NCBI RefSeq assembly: GCF_963921235.1
Contig: NC_086097.1
Span: 90,398,001-90,462,000, forward strand
DNA: 64,000 nucleotides
Reading direction: 5' to 3'
Source of the DNA: Mobula hypostoma
Lineage: Eukaryota
The translations under genes were made by a program, and so were the position numbers. Positions 25,681 through 38,533 of the stretch are shown one piece after another (positions within the stretch are counted from its first letter, which is position 1; every line of letters starts with the position of its first letter). The notes below the pieces were generated by a model. That model saw only the letters and a program-made list of their open reading frames with translations, made no database searches and was not told the origin of the DNA.

Positions 25681-25959
25681 AGGAGAACAGGGTTGAGAGA
25701 GACAATAATCAGCCATCATCAAATGGTGAGCAAACTCGATGGGCTGAGTGGCCTAATTTACTCCTATATCTCATGGTCTTAGAGTAATTTGTTTACTGCT
25801 GATATAAAAGTATGACAATTTTGTCAAAAGTATGACAAAAGTATGAGGTGTTTTACATCATGCTTTTGGAAATTTAATATAAAGTCATATTATTTGAAAT
25901 GCTTGTATTTGCATTGTTTTATTAGTAGCATTTGGTTGGCTTTTGATAAAATATTACTG

Positions 25960-26790
25960 AGAAAGATTCAAAGATTCAAGATTCAAAGCACATTTATTAT
26001 CAAAGAATGTATGAATTATATGCCTTGAAATTTGTCTGCTTACAGGCAGCCACAAAACAAGAAACCTGAATAATCCAATAAAAAAGACTATGCAGAGAAA
26101 GCGAGAGGGGGAAAAAAACACATATTGCAAACAACAGAAGCAAGCCAATGGCATCCTGAACCAGACTGAGTCCCAGATTGGCTCCTGGAGTAGCCGGAGT
26201 AGGCCCAAGCCAAGCCTTGGTCCCAGTTCATCACACCAGCAGGGAAGGAATGCACAGCAGCCGGATCAGTTCATGGCCTCAGCACTGTGGAGAAATGAAT
26301 AAACGTTCGCAGGACAGCATGGGAAATCAACCCGACCCTCACCTCCGTACCCCAACCTCAGGCTTCCAGTCTACCTGGGCCAATGTTTAAATTGTCCAAA
26401 CACCAAGTAGCGCCACTTTCTAGGACCTGAATCCAGATGCCCTGACACACTTGGGCTGCCCAATTCAAAGCCCTTCTCGATCTCACCAAATCAGCTTGTT
26501 GCTTGGAGCAATCCACCCTCGCACCCGGATTAGGTGGACAGGCATCAAAACTCTTCCGCGTTGACTCCTCTCCAAATCGCCTACTCCATTGTTGACAGTG
26601 ATACGAACTTCATCTGTGACCCCGGCTCGAATACGCTGCCCCAGCACGGCTCATCCCCACTCCAGCCTCGCCTGCACCTGCCTCCACCACAACTTGCTTA
26701 AGAAAAGATGTTATAAGTAATGTTTTTACTCGGATCTCTTGCTTTATGATTTAACTGTAAGCTGTCACACATCTTTGGTGTTAAACTGGA
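25960..26790 (-). mobile_element. Non-LTR 3' UTR-derived repeat with (GATTCAA)n tail; family recurs at ~39830-40450, 40975-41390 and 42880-43240
   Basis: gattcaaagattcaagattcaaagcacatttattatcaaag tail; the 40195-40450 relative encodes Rex1-like NFYRCMMESILTG. Confidence 0.6.
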
Positions 26791-28305
26791 AGTTTAAGAT
26801 TGTTTCAAATTCCTGGGTTCTGAGCTTTAATTAGATTTTCCTTCCAGTTCAGACTGAAGCCAAACTCAGAGAATAGGGAAAGTGGAAGATAGGGTGAAAT
26901 TACCACAGAAGGAATGGCTTTGCATTGTTCCAATCACATCAAAGAGACTCTGAAATGGGAGGAAGCTGCTGTGTCAATAATGGATGAAACCTCTGTGCTG
27001 TCAGCATCTAGGCAGAAGATCATATAGTTGGTATTCGAATGTAAGGAAAAAGTAAGACTGCAGTGATTTAGGGACAGCCTTTTGGGTGTTGTGAGAGCAG
27101 AAAATGGTATCTGCAGCATATGTGGTCATTTTGGTGTGCACGGGAGAGATCGCCCAATTGGAGCAGGTTACAGTTTGGTGATGGAAGGGGTTGCAGAGAA
27201 AGGGAATGTTTTGGACACATGGTTAGAGAGGCTGGAGGAGGGAGCTGTGGAAGGTGGCAGAGGGAGCAGAAATGGGCATACAACTCCAATGGTTGAGGAG
27301 AACCAGTCTGAGAACCAGACTTATAATGAAGCTGACAGTCTATTGTAATGAACGGAGACTGCTAAAGATTTGGGAACCCAGAGAGAAGATCACATGCATT
27401 TGGAAATTATAGCAACAATGCAGCATTTTGGTAAAACTGAGAAACGTCTGTTTTTTCAGTTTAGATGCAGCAGCATTGGTTAGATTGCACTAAGATTCTG
27501 GGTGTATCTGGACCTTGGTAACTTGAGATGAAACTTAGTTAGGCATGGTTGTGGATGCAGATCAGGTGATCCCTTTAAACCCTGTTATCCAGTTGTGCAG
27601 GAGAAGTTGGGGGGGGGGAGAACCCAGACAAAATTGTGCCCTACCTATAGTAAAATAGAAAGAGAAGGATTAGGGAGGTACTGATTGACTGAAGACAATC
27701 TCCATCAACCCCCACTAACTTTACTAGCATAACAATAATGTCATGATTGGTCTGGGAGATCCAGATGGGTGTTAAGAAATTTGCTTACACATTGGAAGGA
27801 CCATCAGGACAAACCCTCACCAGTGGCATCAATAGTTGTAAGTTATTATTTAAAGGTGAAGCCTATAAAGGACAGGACTAAATATAACTCACATGTAAAC
27901 GGAAACAATGGTCTAGAATAATGAATGGCTGTGGGAAAAAGTGTGTTATTTGTGGAAAGATGAGACACAATGTCCAAGATTACAGAGTCATAGATAATGT
28001 CATGGGCAGACAGAGCATGGAAACAGGACCTTCAGACCATCACGTCTGCACCAAACATTAATCACCCATTCACAATAATCCTATACTAATCCCATTCTCC
28101 GTGTTCAATCAACTCCCCCCACATTCTACCACCGGGGCATTTGCAATGACCAACCAACATACTAACAAACAGGTCATATAACCCAAATTCTATAAAGCAT
28201 GGAAGCTCCTGGAAGTTTTGATAAATCTGGGGTATTGGAATCTATGTTTTTGCTTGAACAATATCTTCCAGCGTTCCTTTGTTTTCAAATCATATAGTTT
28301 CAAAC

Positions 28306-28690
28306 CGGGTGGCAATGTGGAGATACCTCTCTACTACAGGAATTGTAAGGCACTCCTTCCCTCCACTAGCTTGCAGGTCATCTTGTGCAAGATGCAGAAT
28401 CTGCCTAGGCCACCCCCTCCACCCCCACCCCCCAATCAGGGTCACATGAAGCCATGGGAGCATTTGATGGATGGTCATATGAGCAACTAACTGGTGCATA
28501 TCACAAGTTCTGGTTATGCGACGATTGATGCCAGGCTGACAATCTCTGAAGAATATTGATAATGGCAGGGGTCATCCACCTTGTAAAGACACTGCCCAGT
28601 GGCAAGCCATTTTTTTAGGAAAATTTGCCAAGAACAATCATGGTCATAGAAAGACCATGATTGGCCACGTCATACAAAACTGCACATAAC
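28306..28690 (+). mobile_element. SINE-like element with RTE-type 3' tail
   Basis: Homologous to 31598-31975 and 48311-48675; the family has an AAGGCAATGGCAAACCACT motif like the BovB/RTE 3' end. Confidence 0.7.
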
Positions 28691-29869
28691 AAATGTACAA
28701 ACAGTAGTTTTAAAGTTTCCTTGAAGTGCACATTTTAAGCTTGTTCATTTTTGACCTTTGAAAGTAGGTCGTTTTCTGAACCAGTTTAAAGTGTGTGAAT
28801 TATCTGTGAGTTTTAAAATGATGCATGAACTGTAGAAATATGTTTGAGCTTCTTTGGAAAGAGAAGAAGAGTCGAAATATGAAGGCTGCTAAGTGATTGT
28901 TAACTCTATGTTGGAAATATGTGTGAATTAATCCTCCAGTCCATAGCATAGAATGGATTTAATGGGGATCCTCGCTGTTGCTGACTGTGAAATTAAGTTT
29001 CAGCATCTGCCATGTTTTAAAAGGAAGTGGTCTTTAAGAATCTGTGAGTGTGAAAATTATGTGAAACTGCATCTACTTTTCCCTTTTGTTCATTTTACCT
29101 CATGATGGAAACGATCTGTTTATATTGTTTTACAGGTATTTGTAAATATTCCTAAAGAAGGAAAGAATAAGCATTGATCTTTCATTTAAACTCCTGTTTT
29201 AAGTACACTCTCTCTTATTTCTTTTATTTTCACTTTCTTTATCAATTCAAATATTATTTGAATTAATATTTCAAGGGACAAAAACATGGATTCTAGTCTG
29301 ATTCCATAAATGTGAATTATGAGTAAATTTTTATTACAGATATGAGATTCTCACAAATTAAAAACTGCCAAATTGAATTGGTAATATGAGTGAGTGGGTG
29401 ATTAATAAACATCTGGAATTGGAAATTCTGGGTTGATATTTTGTAGAAAAAAAAGGAAATTGTGGGTAATCACAAATGCTTTCCTTGTTAGGACTGGGTT
29501 TTTCAAAAGATTAGTACCAAGGTTGCTTATGATTTTTTAATGTTTTTCCAGACTTCTTGTATTACAGTTCATTTTAAAAGTTTGTGTGTTTTCTTAATTA
29601 CAGTGAAGAAGTTTTTAATCACATAAAATGCAAATGAGTTGATCCATTTTGCATCAGTTTACAAAATACAGTTTAAATAGGCTTACTCTGTCCTCCATAG
29701 CAGCTGTTCGGGCTGGATTTCACAAATAATCCGGTCCCTGAGAGGCGAGGCCCTCTGATCTGGGAATTGCCATTATCTACAGACAATGATAGCTCCACTG
29801 AGAAAGTGTTAAAGGATTCTGTTGCTCCATTTTGTGAGGGAAGAATGCTCAACTGTTTTTAATTATTCG

Positions 29870-30097
29870 TTTTATTTATCGAGATACTGTGCAGAATAGG
29901 CCCTTTTCCGGCCCAATTTACAGTGACCATCTGCCAACTGGTATGTTTTTGAACTGTGGGGGGAAACCGGAGCACTCCAAGGAAGCCCACACACTCATGG
30001 GGAGAACATACAAACTCCTTACAGGTAGGGTGGGAATTGAACCCAGATAACCTGTACTGTAAAGCAATGAGCTAACCACTATGCTACCTTGTCACCC
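29870..30097 (-). mobile_element. V-SINE (HE1-like)
   Basis: Minus: gggtgacaaggtagcatagtggttagc..gggttcaattcc..gtaaggagtttgtatgttctcccc. Confidence 0.8.
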
Positions 30098-31597
30098 TTT
30101 GCAGGAAGGTTGTGTTGTGCTTTTAATGCATCTCCTGGGTCTCTGATTCATGGCATCGTACAGGTCCCTCTCCTCATGCCTAATTGTCTTTGACAAGATT
30201 TTTACTTTCACTCAGTTTACAAAGTGAGTTCTTGCCTCTTCTGTTCCCGTTGCTGGTTCTCCCCAGCTCATAGACACCGACTTGTATACCATCCTTGCGA
30301 GGTAGGTGGGATGGGTTTGTTGTAGGGCTGCAGGCATTTTCTGCTGTGTGGGAACTTGGTTTGAGGCAATCTCTGAATGTTTGATTTAACTACACCTTGC
30401 TCCTGGTTGGCCTTTGTTTTTATTTAAATATTGTTTTTTTGGGGGTCAGGTAGCCACATATCTGGATTGTGAGCTGTTTGGGTTATAAGCAGTTCTGAGG
30501 AATGTTGTCACCTGGAGAGGTCCTGGAGATGCAGAAGACAGTGGAATCCAGTGTTGCAGAGATTTCCCAATGCATGAGTGGTCCTGATGCAGGGTTTCCA
30601 CTCAAAATGTTGACAATTCCCTTCCTTCCACAAATGCTGTCGACCCGCTGAGCTCCTCCAACAGATCATTCATTGCTTTGTACTTGGACTGTTTGCTTGC
30701 ATGGAACTCCAGAAATTCAGGAGGTTTTATTTTTTCATTATGAACTACCACAACGAAACCATGCAAACCACTGCTTTTCTGTGCCCCATCATACCCTGGA
30801 GCATTGCTGGGACCTGTCCTGTTGACTGGACCACCTCTGTTCTATTTGCCACGAATTACCTGATAAAGGAACATCTCATTGTTAGCAAACCAAAGATGCT
30901 TTTTGAGGAAAATCGTTTATGTTTATCAGTATCCTAGTTGTTAACTAATTTTAACCCCAATGTTTACACTTGTAAACACCAGTTTGGGACAGAACTGGTC
31001 ATATTGCAACCATCTTGTTCCAATGATGTGCAAATTTGGTGATATTGTCATGTGGCAGAGGTCGTATGTAAGCTTGTGTTTGTCTATCAAATACTATAGC
31101 ATTTTCATTCCACCTTGCCATAGATTGAAAAGTTTAGCTCTGACACTGTGTTCCCCAGAGCACCTCGATCAGTTTTGGTGCACCATGAGGTTTGCAGTCT
31201 GACTGCATGAACATAGGAGTCCAACCCAAGTAACCGGAATCCTGACACCTCATTGCAACAGTCACTCCTGACCAGCTTCTCCCAACCTCACAGTCAGAAC
31301 CCGATACATTGACTCACATTGCTTTTTCTTCTGTTGTCATTTCCCTTTCCCTGCTGCATATAGCAAGCAGATGACAACTAGATAACAACAAGCACATGGC
31401 TCATAATCCTTCTTCAAGGGTGTATCTCAGCTGCCACCTCTGTTCTGGAGGTAGTAACACCATGAAGTAATTCTGGTCTTAGTGCATCTTGTTCCACTTC
31501 ACTATTTCAATGTTGCAACTGCCTCAATACTGTATTACATCAAGTTTATCTAGCATTTTAGTTTAAGGTTAAATAGATCAATATCATACTGTTTGTC

Positions 31598-31975
31598 CAT
31601 TATGCGCCATGTCGTACAACCTGGGCGATAATGCTCTTTCCATGACCATGACTGTTTTTAGAAAATTTTTCTGCCGAAGTGGTTTGCCATTGCCTTCTTC
31701 TGGGCAGTGTCTTTACCAGACGGGCGACCCCAGCCATTATCAGTACTCTTCAGAGATTGCCTGGCATCTGTGGTCGCATAATTAGGATTTGTGATAACTA
31801 CGACGTGCACCAGATGCTCTTAGACCATTCACAACCTGTCCCCATGGCTTCATGCGACCCTGATCGGTGGGGGGGGGGCTAAGCTACACCTTGCCCAAAG
31901 GTGACCTGCAGGCTAGCAGAGGAAAAGAGTGCCCTACATCTCCTTAGGTAAAGACATATCTCCACCCTGCCACCC
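31598..31975 (-). mobile_element. SINE-like element with RTE-type tail
   Basis: Plus strand aagtggtttgccattgccttcttctgggcagtgtc; reverse complement of the 28306 family. Confidence 0.75.
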
Positions 31976-33034
31976 AAAATATCATACCATCAAACTCAAA
32001 GAAGTGCAGGTGCTGGATATATTTTTGGGGACATTCTGCAGAGCAGGCAGAACTGTGGAAAGAGAAACAGCCAATGTTTCAGATGAAAGGTCTAGTCTTG
32101 AAGTGTTAACTGTTTTTCTTTCTATGGATGCTGGTTTTCCAGGTCTGTCTCTTCGACTATCATTCACCAGTCACAGCCTTCCAACTCCACCACTGCTCAC
32201 CTATCCTACCTAGCATCTTCACCCCTCCTTGTGTCCCACCCATTGCCTCAGAATCCTTTCCTGCCACCACCTTTTTCCCTCTTATATACTGGCCATTTTG
32301 TTTGTTCACTCTCAGTTCTGATGCAGGGTTTCAACAGGAAATGTCAATGATTCCTTTCGTCACAGAGATGCTGCTCAACCTGTTGTGTTCATCCAGCAAG
32401 TTGTTTGTTGCTCAATGTCACCTCCTAATTTGTTCATATATTCTTCCATGTTTAAGCTAGAAAATTGATCTGATTTATCAATCTTTATTTTGTTTCCCTG
32501 GTATGTTTGTACAAGTGAGTATGTTCAATACAACAGGTCAGATACATAACTGAGTTTATTGCTGCAGTTTACAGTACATTTCCCCTTATAAAAAGTGCCA
32601 AAATAATGAAACAAATTAAAGCTTTATGTTTGTTGACCATCCTAAATTAGCACACCTTTCTGCTCTAATGAACCTTCCTTAGTGGTAATTTTTGTCGTGG
32701 ATCCAGGCAAGCTTTCCCATCTCCGTTTCCATCACTGGACACAGGCCCACAGGCCTTCATTAGCAACCCACAGTAATGAGTAGTTGTGTCACAGCCAGCA
32801 GAGAGGACAATGATGTCATCTGAGGATGGATTTCTGTATTTGTGCCTGTATCCCACCAGGATGAGTCATTCCTCCTACCAGTGGGATCACCTCCTTAATT
32901 TTCGGATTACCTTGTGATAGGATGAATTATCACATCTGTTATGTGCTACATAATGATATAGATGATTGCTCATTAACCTGTCCACTGCCACTACATTTGC
33001 CCTATTATGCAAATGCACATTTAACAAAATCCCA

Positions 33035-34925
33035 TACCCATAAGAAATAGGGCCAGAATTATGCCATTCGGCCCTTTGAGTCTGCTCCATCATTTCATCA
33101 TGGGTGATCCATTTCCCTCTCAATCCCATTCTCCTCATAACCATTCATACCCTGACCGATCAAGAGCTTATGAACCTCTGCCCTAAGTACACCAGATGAC
33201 CTGGCCTCCACAGCCACCAGCAGCAATGAATTCCATAAATTCCTCATCTCCGTTCTGAATGGACATCCCTCTACTCTGAGGCCATGCCCTCTGGTCCTAG
33301 ATCCACCAGCATAGGAAACATCTTCTCCACATCCACTTTATCCAGGCCTTTCAACATTCGATAGGTTTCAATTAGATCCCCCCCTCGTTCTTCTAAATCC
33401 CACTGTGTAAAGCCCAGAGCTATCAATCACTCCTATACGATAAGCCTTTCATTCCCAAATTTATTCTTGTGAACTTTCTCTCAACCATCACCAATGTCAG
33501 CACATCCTTTAAGTAAGGGGTCCAAACTTGTTCACAATACTCCAAGTGAGGCCTCACCAGTTCCTTATATAGGATCAGTGATACATCCATGTTTATATCT
33601 TTCAGTCCTTTCATTGCATTTGCCTTCCTCACCTCTAACTCAACATGCATATTAATCTTTAGGGAATCCTGCATAAGGACTCCCAAGTCCCTTTGCAACT
33701 CAGATATTTGAATATTCTCCCCGTTTAGAAAATTGTCTATGCTTTCATTCCTTCTACAAAGTGTATGCCCATACACTTCATTACACTGCATTCCACTTGC
33801 CACTACTTTTCCCATTCTTCTAATCTGTCCACATCCTTCTGCAACTTCCCCACTTCCTCAACACGACCTGCTCCACCACCTATCTTCATATTGTCCCACA
33901 AACATGGCCACAAAGCCATGAATTTCATCATCCAAATCATTGACATACATTGTAAAAAGAAATGGTCCCAACACTGAGCCCTGCGGAACACCACCATTTA
34001 CCATCAGCCAATCAGAAAAAGCTCCCTTTATTCCCACTCTTTGCCTCCTGCCAGTCAGCCAATCTTCTATCCATGCCAGTATCATTCCTATAATACCATG
34101 GGCTCTTATCTTGTTAAGCAGCTTCATGTGCAGTATCTTGTCAAAGGCCTTCGGAAAATCAAACTACACAACATCCACCGATTCTCCTTTGTCTTTCCTG
34201 ATTATTTTCTTAAAGAATTCTAATAGAGTAGTTAGGCAAGATTTTCCCTTCAGAAAACTACTCTGACTTTGGCCTGACAATTGACTCAACATCTTCCCAA
34301 CCATTGAGATCAGGCTAGCTGGCCTATAATTTCCTTTTTTCTGCCTCCCTCCCTTGAGGAGTGGAGTGACATTTTTAAAATTTTCAGTCCTCCAGAAACA
34401 TTCCAGAATCTAGTGATTCTTGAAAGATCATTACTAATGACTCCATAATCTCTTCAGCTACCTATTTCTAGACCCCTGGGCTCTAGTCCATCTCTTCCAG
34501 GTAACTTGTCTACTTTCAGGCCCTTCAGTTCCCAAGGATCTTCTCCCTAGTAATAGCAACTGCACTCACTTCACCCTGACACTTGCGAACTTCTGGCATA
34601 CTGCTAGTGTTTTCCAGTGGTCCAATATCTGCTCTTGCTTCTCTCTTACTCTTTGTATATCTGGGAAAAAATTTTGGTATCTTCCTCAATATTTTTGGTT
34701 GGCTTACCTTCATATTTCAACATATTTCATCTCTCCGCCAATGGCTTTTTAGTTGCCTTCTGTGGGCTTTTAAAAATTTGCCAATCCTCCGACCTCCCAC
34801 TAATTTTTTCTCTATTATACACCTTCTCTTTTGCTTTTATGTTGACTTTGACTTCTCTTGTCAGCCATGGTCGCATCATCCTGCCTTCTTCTTTTGGGAT
34901 GTATTTATCCTGCACCTTCCAAATT
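33035..34925 (-). mobile_element. CR1 LINE ORF2 with internal deletions
   Basis: GVPQGSVLGPFLFTMYVNDL, YKELVRPHLEYCEQVWTPY, RPWLTREVK; CR1 3' tail at ~33040. Confidence 0.9.
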
Positions 34926-35197
34926 GCTCCCAGAAACTCCAGCCAGATTTTTGATCTTCTTCCTATATGCTTATTTGTCACCATCTTTGATTAGGCTAAC
35001 GGCATTGGTGTCATCAGCAAACCGTTGAGCTGTGCATAGCCTCATAATCATAAGTGTAAAGTGAGTAGAGCAGAGGGCTAAGCATATAGGCTTGTGGTGC
35101 ACCTGTCCTGATGGAGATTGTGGAGGAGATGTTTTGCCAATCCAAACTGATGGGGGTCTGTAAGTGAAGAACTTGAGGATCCAACTGCACAAGGAGG

Positions 35198-35739
35198 TAT
35201 TGAGCTGATATTAATTCAAGCAAGAACCAGTCTTCTGTTCTTATTGTAAATTGCAAGCAGTAAATTGAAGTTAAAAGCCCAGAGACTAAGAGATAGCGCT
35301 TGCAAAATGGAGACCATGAAACATTTCCATATGCATCAGCCAAACATAATGACAGTGGGGTTGTGTTAATTGGCTTGCATCAATCCAGGCAACTATGGGC
35401 TTAAGTAATTTGCACCGATAAGTAACTATGCTCCAGGAAGCTTGCAATTTGCAAAGGTATTTGAACATTCAGAGATGTCTCTAACTGTAGATAATGCAAT
35501 TCAAAGAAAGAATTGTCCATTCAAAATATTGAAGTAAACAATGTCATTCTAACTATTGAAATTGTATTGAATCACCTAATGTTACCTGTGATCTTAAGGA
35601 TATAAAATGTGACGTACTTTTGAGGTTGGATAAGTCTACTATAGCGGTATTCAGAAGAATGCTTGCTTGCTCTGTTGAGTAAAGGCTTCTCTATCAGCAG
35701 CTTTAGTGTCTCTCCAGTAATTTGATCACAGTCACAACA
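35198..35739 (+). mobile_element. Solo LTR (same family as 19103-21699) between Rex1-like fragments
   Basis: Shared blocks gatattaattcaa, gtgttaattggcttgcat and agtgtctct..gatcacag(t/a)cacaaca; the left flank 34960-35200 encodes Rex1-like TGAPQ..LSPLLYSLYT on minus. Confidence 0.6.
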
Positions 35740-36357
35740 CAGAGGTCCATTCAAGAGTATGGAAACAACTGGACAGAAGTTGTCTTTGAGTCTGGTGGGA
35801 CATGCTTTGAAGCGTATGATTCTTCTGCTTGATGGGAGAGAGGAGAAGTGAGAATGATTAGGGTACTGGAGGCCCTTGATTATTCTAGTTGCTTTTTCTA
35901 GGTTGTTGAGGGGTGTCCGGTTTGGGCTGTGTTCAAACCCAAATGGATTGGGCTGTGTTCACAACTCTGTTCAAAATTCCTTGCAGTTCTGGGTAAAACA
36001 ATTGCCATACCTAGCTGTGATGCATTTTTTATGGTGCATCAGTACAAGCTGGTAAGAGTCCCTCCAATGATATCTGTCATTAACTGTACCTATATCATTT
36101 GTTTCAACCTCTGGAAGTGAGTTCCATATTTTAATCAATCCCTGTGTAATGAGGTTTCTTCTGAATATTTCATTGGTGACTTACTTGTCTAATATTGATG
36201 GTACTAGTTGTGCTCTTCTCCACAAGTGCAAACATCCTTTTCATATTCATTTCAACAAAAACTTTCATCATTGTGATGACTTCAGTTAGGTCACCATTCA
36301 ACCTGCTTTTCTCTGGAAGAAAGAAGCCCAGTTTATTCATGCTCTCCTGATACATAT

Positions 36358-36625
36358 GGCAGCATGGTAGCATAGTGGTTAGCACAACACTTTACAGTAC
36401 CAATGACCCAATTCAACTCCTGCTGCTATTTGTAAGGAGTTTGTATGAGCTACCCATGACCACGTGGGTTTCCTCTCACAGTCCAAAGACTTACCGGTTG
36501 GTGATGTAATTAGTCATTGTAAATTGTCTCATGATTAAGTTAGGGTTAAATTGGGGTATTGCTGGGTGGTGTGTTTTGAGGGGCTAAATCTCAATTCCAT
36601 GCTGTATCCCAATAAATAAATAAAT
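36358..36625 (+). mobile_element. V-SINE (HE1-like) with (AATA)n tail
   Basis: ggcagcatggtagcatagtggttagc..tgtaaggagtttgtatg..aataaataaataaat. Confidence 0.8.
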
Positions 36626-37734
36626 ATACTCTCACATTTTGGGTATAATTTTTGTAATTTCAAAACTCTGTTCATAAAAATAGAAATACATTTATTGTGA
36701 ATTCAAACCAATACATCGCTTTACAAAGTACCAATGGCACTCATGTGGCCACTTTGAACAATATGCCCTCCAAGTTTTGGGGAGCTGTTACACAGCATCC
36801 AGCACCTCAGTGTTCAGTGGGAGTAGGGTTCTGGTTCTTCCCCACAAAATTGCTTTGAGTTTCAGCGCATCCTTCAGCACATCCCTGCAACCTGGATAGT
36901 GCCACTCGGCAACATTTCCTTATGGATCAGACAGACCAAGATGTATATTTCAGTGAACTAACAATCTTCAGCAGCAGTGCATCACAGCAGGGACTCCCAG
37001 GAGCAGTGTATAGATCAGAGTCAACGAACATATGAGGCGTCCTCAAGCCTTCTCTGCATCTATAAACTTCTTAACATGTATGGTGACTAGAACTGTCTGT
37101 AGTACTCAAAGTGTAGTGTTACTGTGGCTTAATACACAACATAACTTCCCAACTTTTCAGTTTTATTCCTCTGAAAATAAATCATGGTACTTGGTTTGCT
37201 TTCTCTTTCACCTGGCTACCCTATGGTGCGATTTTCAGTCTTTGTTGTATTTGTTCTCTGCGATCCCTTTGTCCCTACTTTGCCCACACTTGTACTTTAC
37301 AAGTGTCCTGATATTTCCTTTATGGAAATTCAGTTGCCAATTGTCTTTTCAAACTTCAAATTTGTCATTGTGTGATTTATTGCAGTCCTCCTCAGCAATA
37401 ACTCTTCCTTTCCAAATCTGAATTGCCAAATATTTTACAATGGTGTATTTGATTCCGAAGTCTAAAGTGTTAATTTAATTGTGAACAGCACTGATCCTTG
37501 TAGAAGAGTACTAATTATTTTCCTCCATCCTTTACTGCCCAGACAGAAGATGAGGTGCTGTTCCTTAAGTGTGTGTTGGGCTTCACTGTAACAGTGCAGG
37601 CCAAAGGTCAAAGTGGAAGAGTGACAAAGATTTAAAGCACATTGCCATTGATCTTCACTAAGGGTAATTCAGAATGGCTAATTAATCTACTGGCCCATAG
37701 CTCCTAGGAAGCGACTGTACAAGTCGAAAGATCG

Positions 37735-38360
37735 GCAAAGATGCTGTATGGCATGCTTGCCTTTATTGGTTGAGCCAGTTAATTCAAGTGTCAAGAAGTT
37801 ATATTTCATCCTTATAAAACTCAGATTAGGTCCATCTGGAGTACTACATTCAATTCTGGTCACCCTATAATAGGAAGGATGTGGAGACTTTGGAGAAGGT
37901 GCAGAAGGGGTTTAGCAGGATGCTGCATGTGCTATAAGGAGAAGTGGGACAAATTTGCGTTGTTTTCTCTGGAGTTGTTGATACTGAATGGAGACCTGAT
38001 CAATGTTGATAAGATTATAAAAGGCATTGAAAGACAGTTGGTATCTTTTCCCCTAGCTCGAAATGACTTAATATCAGATGGCAAGTATTTAATGTGAGAG
38101 GAATTAAGTTCAAAGGAGATGTTTGGGGCAAGTATTTTCTACAGAGAGTGGTGGGTGCCTGCATTGCACTTCCAGAGGTAGTAGTGGTGGAGATAAATGC
38201 AATAGAGGTTTTAAAAGCCTCTTAGCACAAGAATATGCAGAGAATGGAGGGATATGGAAATACTGTAGGCAGAAGAGACTAGTTTAGTTAGGTGTTTAAT
38301 TACAAGTTCAATTAGTTTGGCACAATAGGGACTTTTCCTGTGCTGTCTGTACAGTTCTGT
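37735..38360 (+). mobile_element. CR1 LINE 3' fragment
   Basis: HLEYYIQFWSP, LEKVQK, GDLINVDKIIKG motifs plus 3' UTR. Confidence 0.8.
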
Positions 38361-38374
38361 GTTTTAAGAATATC

Positions 38375-38533
38375 TTTAGGATATGGAAGGAAACTGGAGT
38401 ACCTGGAGGAAAGCAACGTGGCCACAGGGAGAACTTGCCGACTACATGTAGACCAGTGTGCAAAGTCAGGCTTGAGCCCAGGTTCCTGGAGCTGTTAGAC
38501 AGCAGCACTAACTGTTGTTACACTGCGCCACCC
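38375..38533 (-). mobile_element. V-SINE fragment
   Basis: Minus: gggtggcgcagtg..gttagtgctgctgtctaacagctccaggaacctgggctcaag. Confidence 0.7.
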
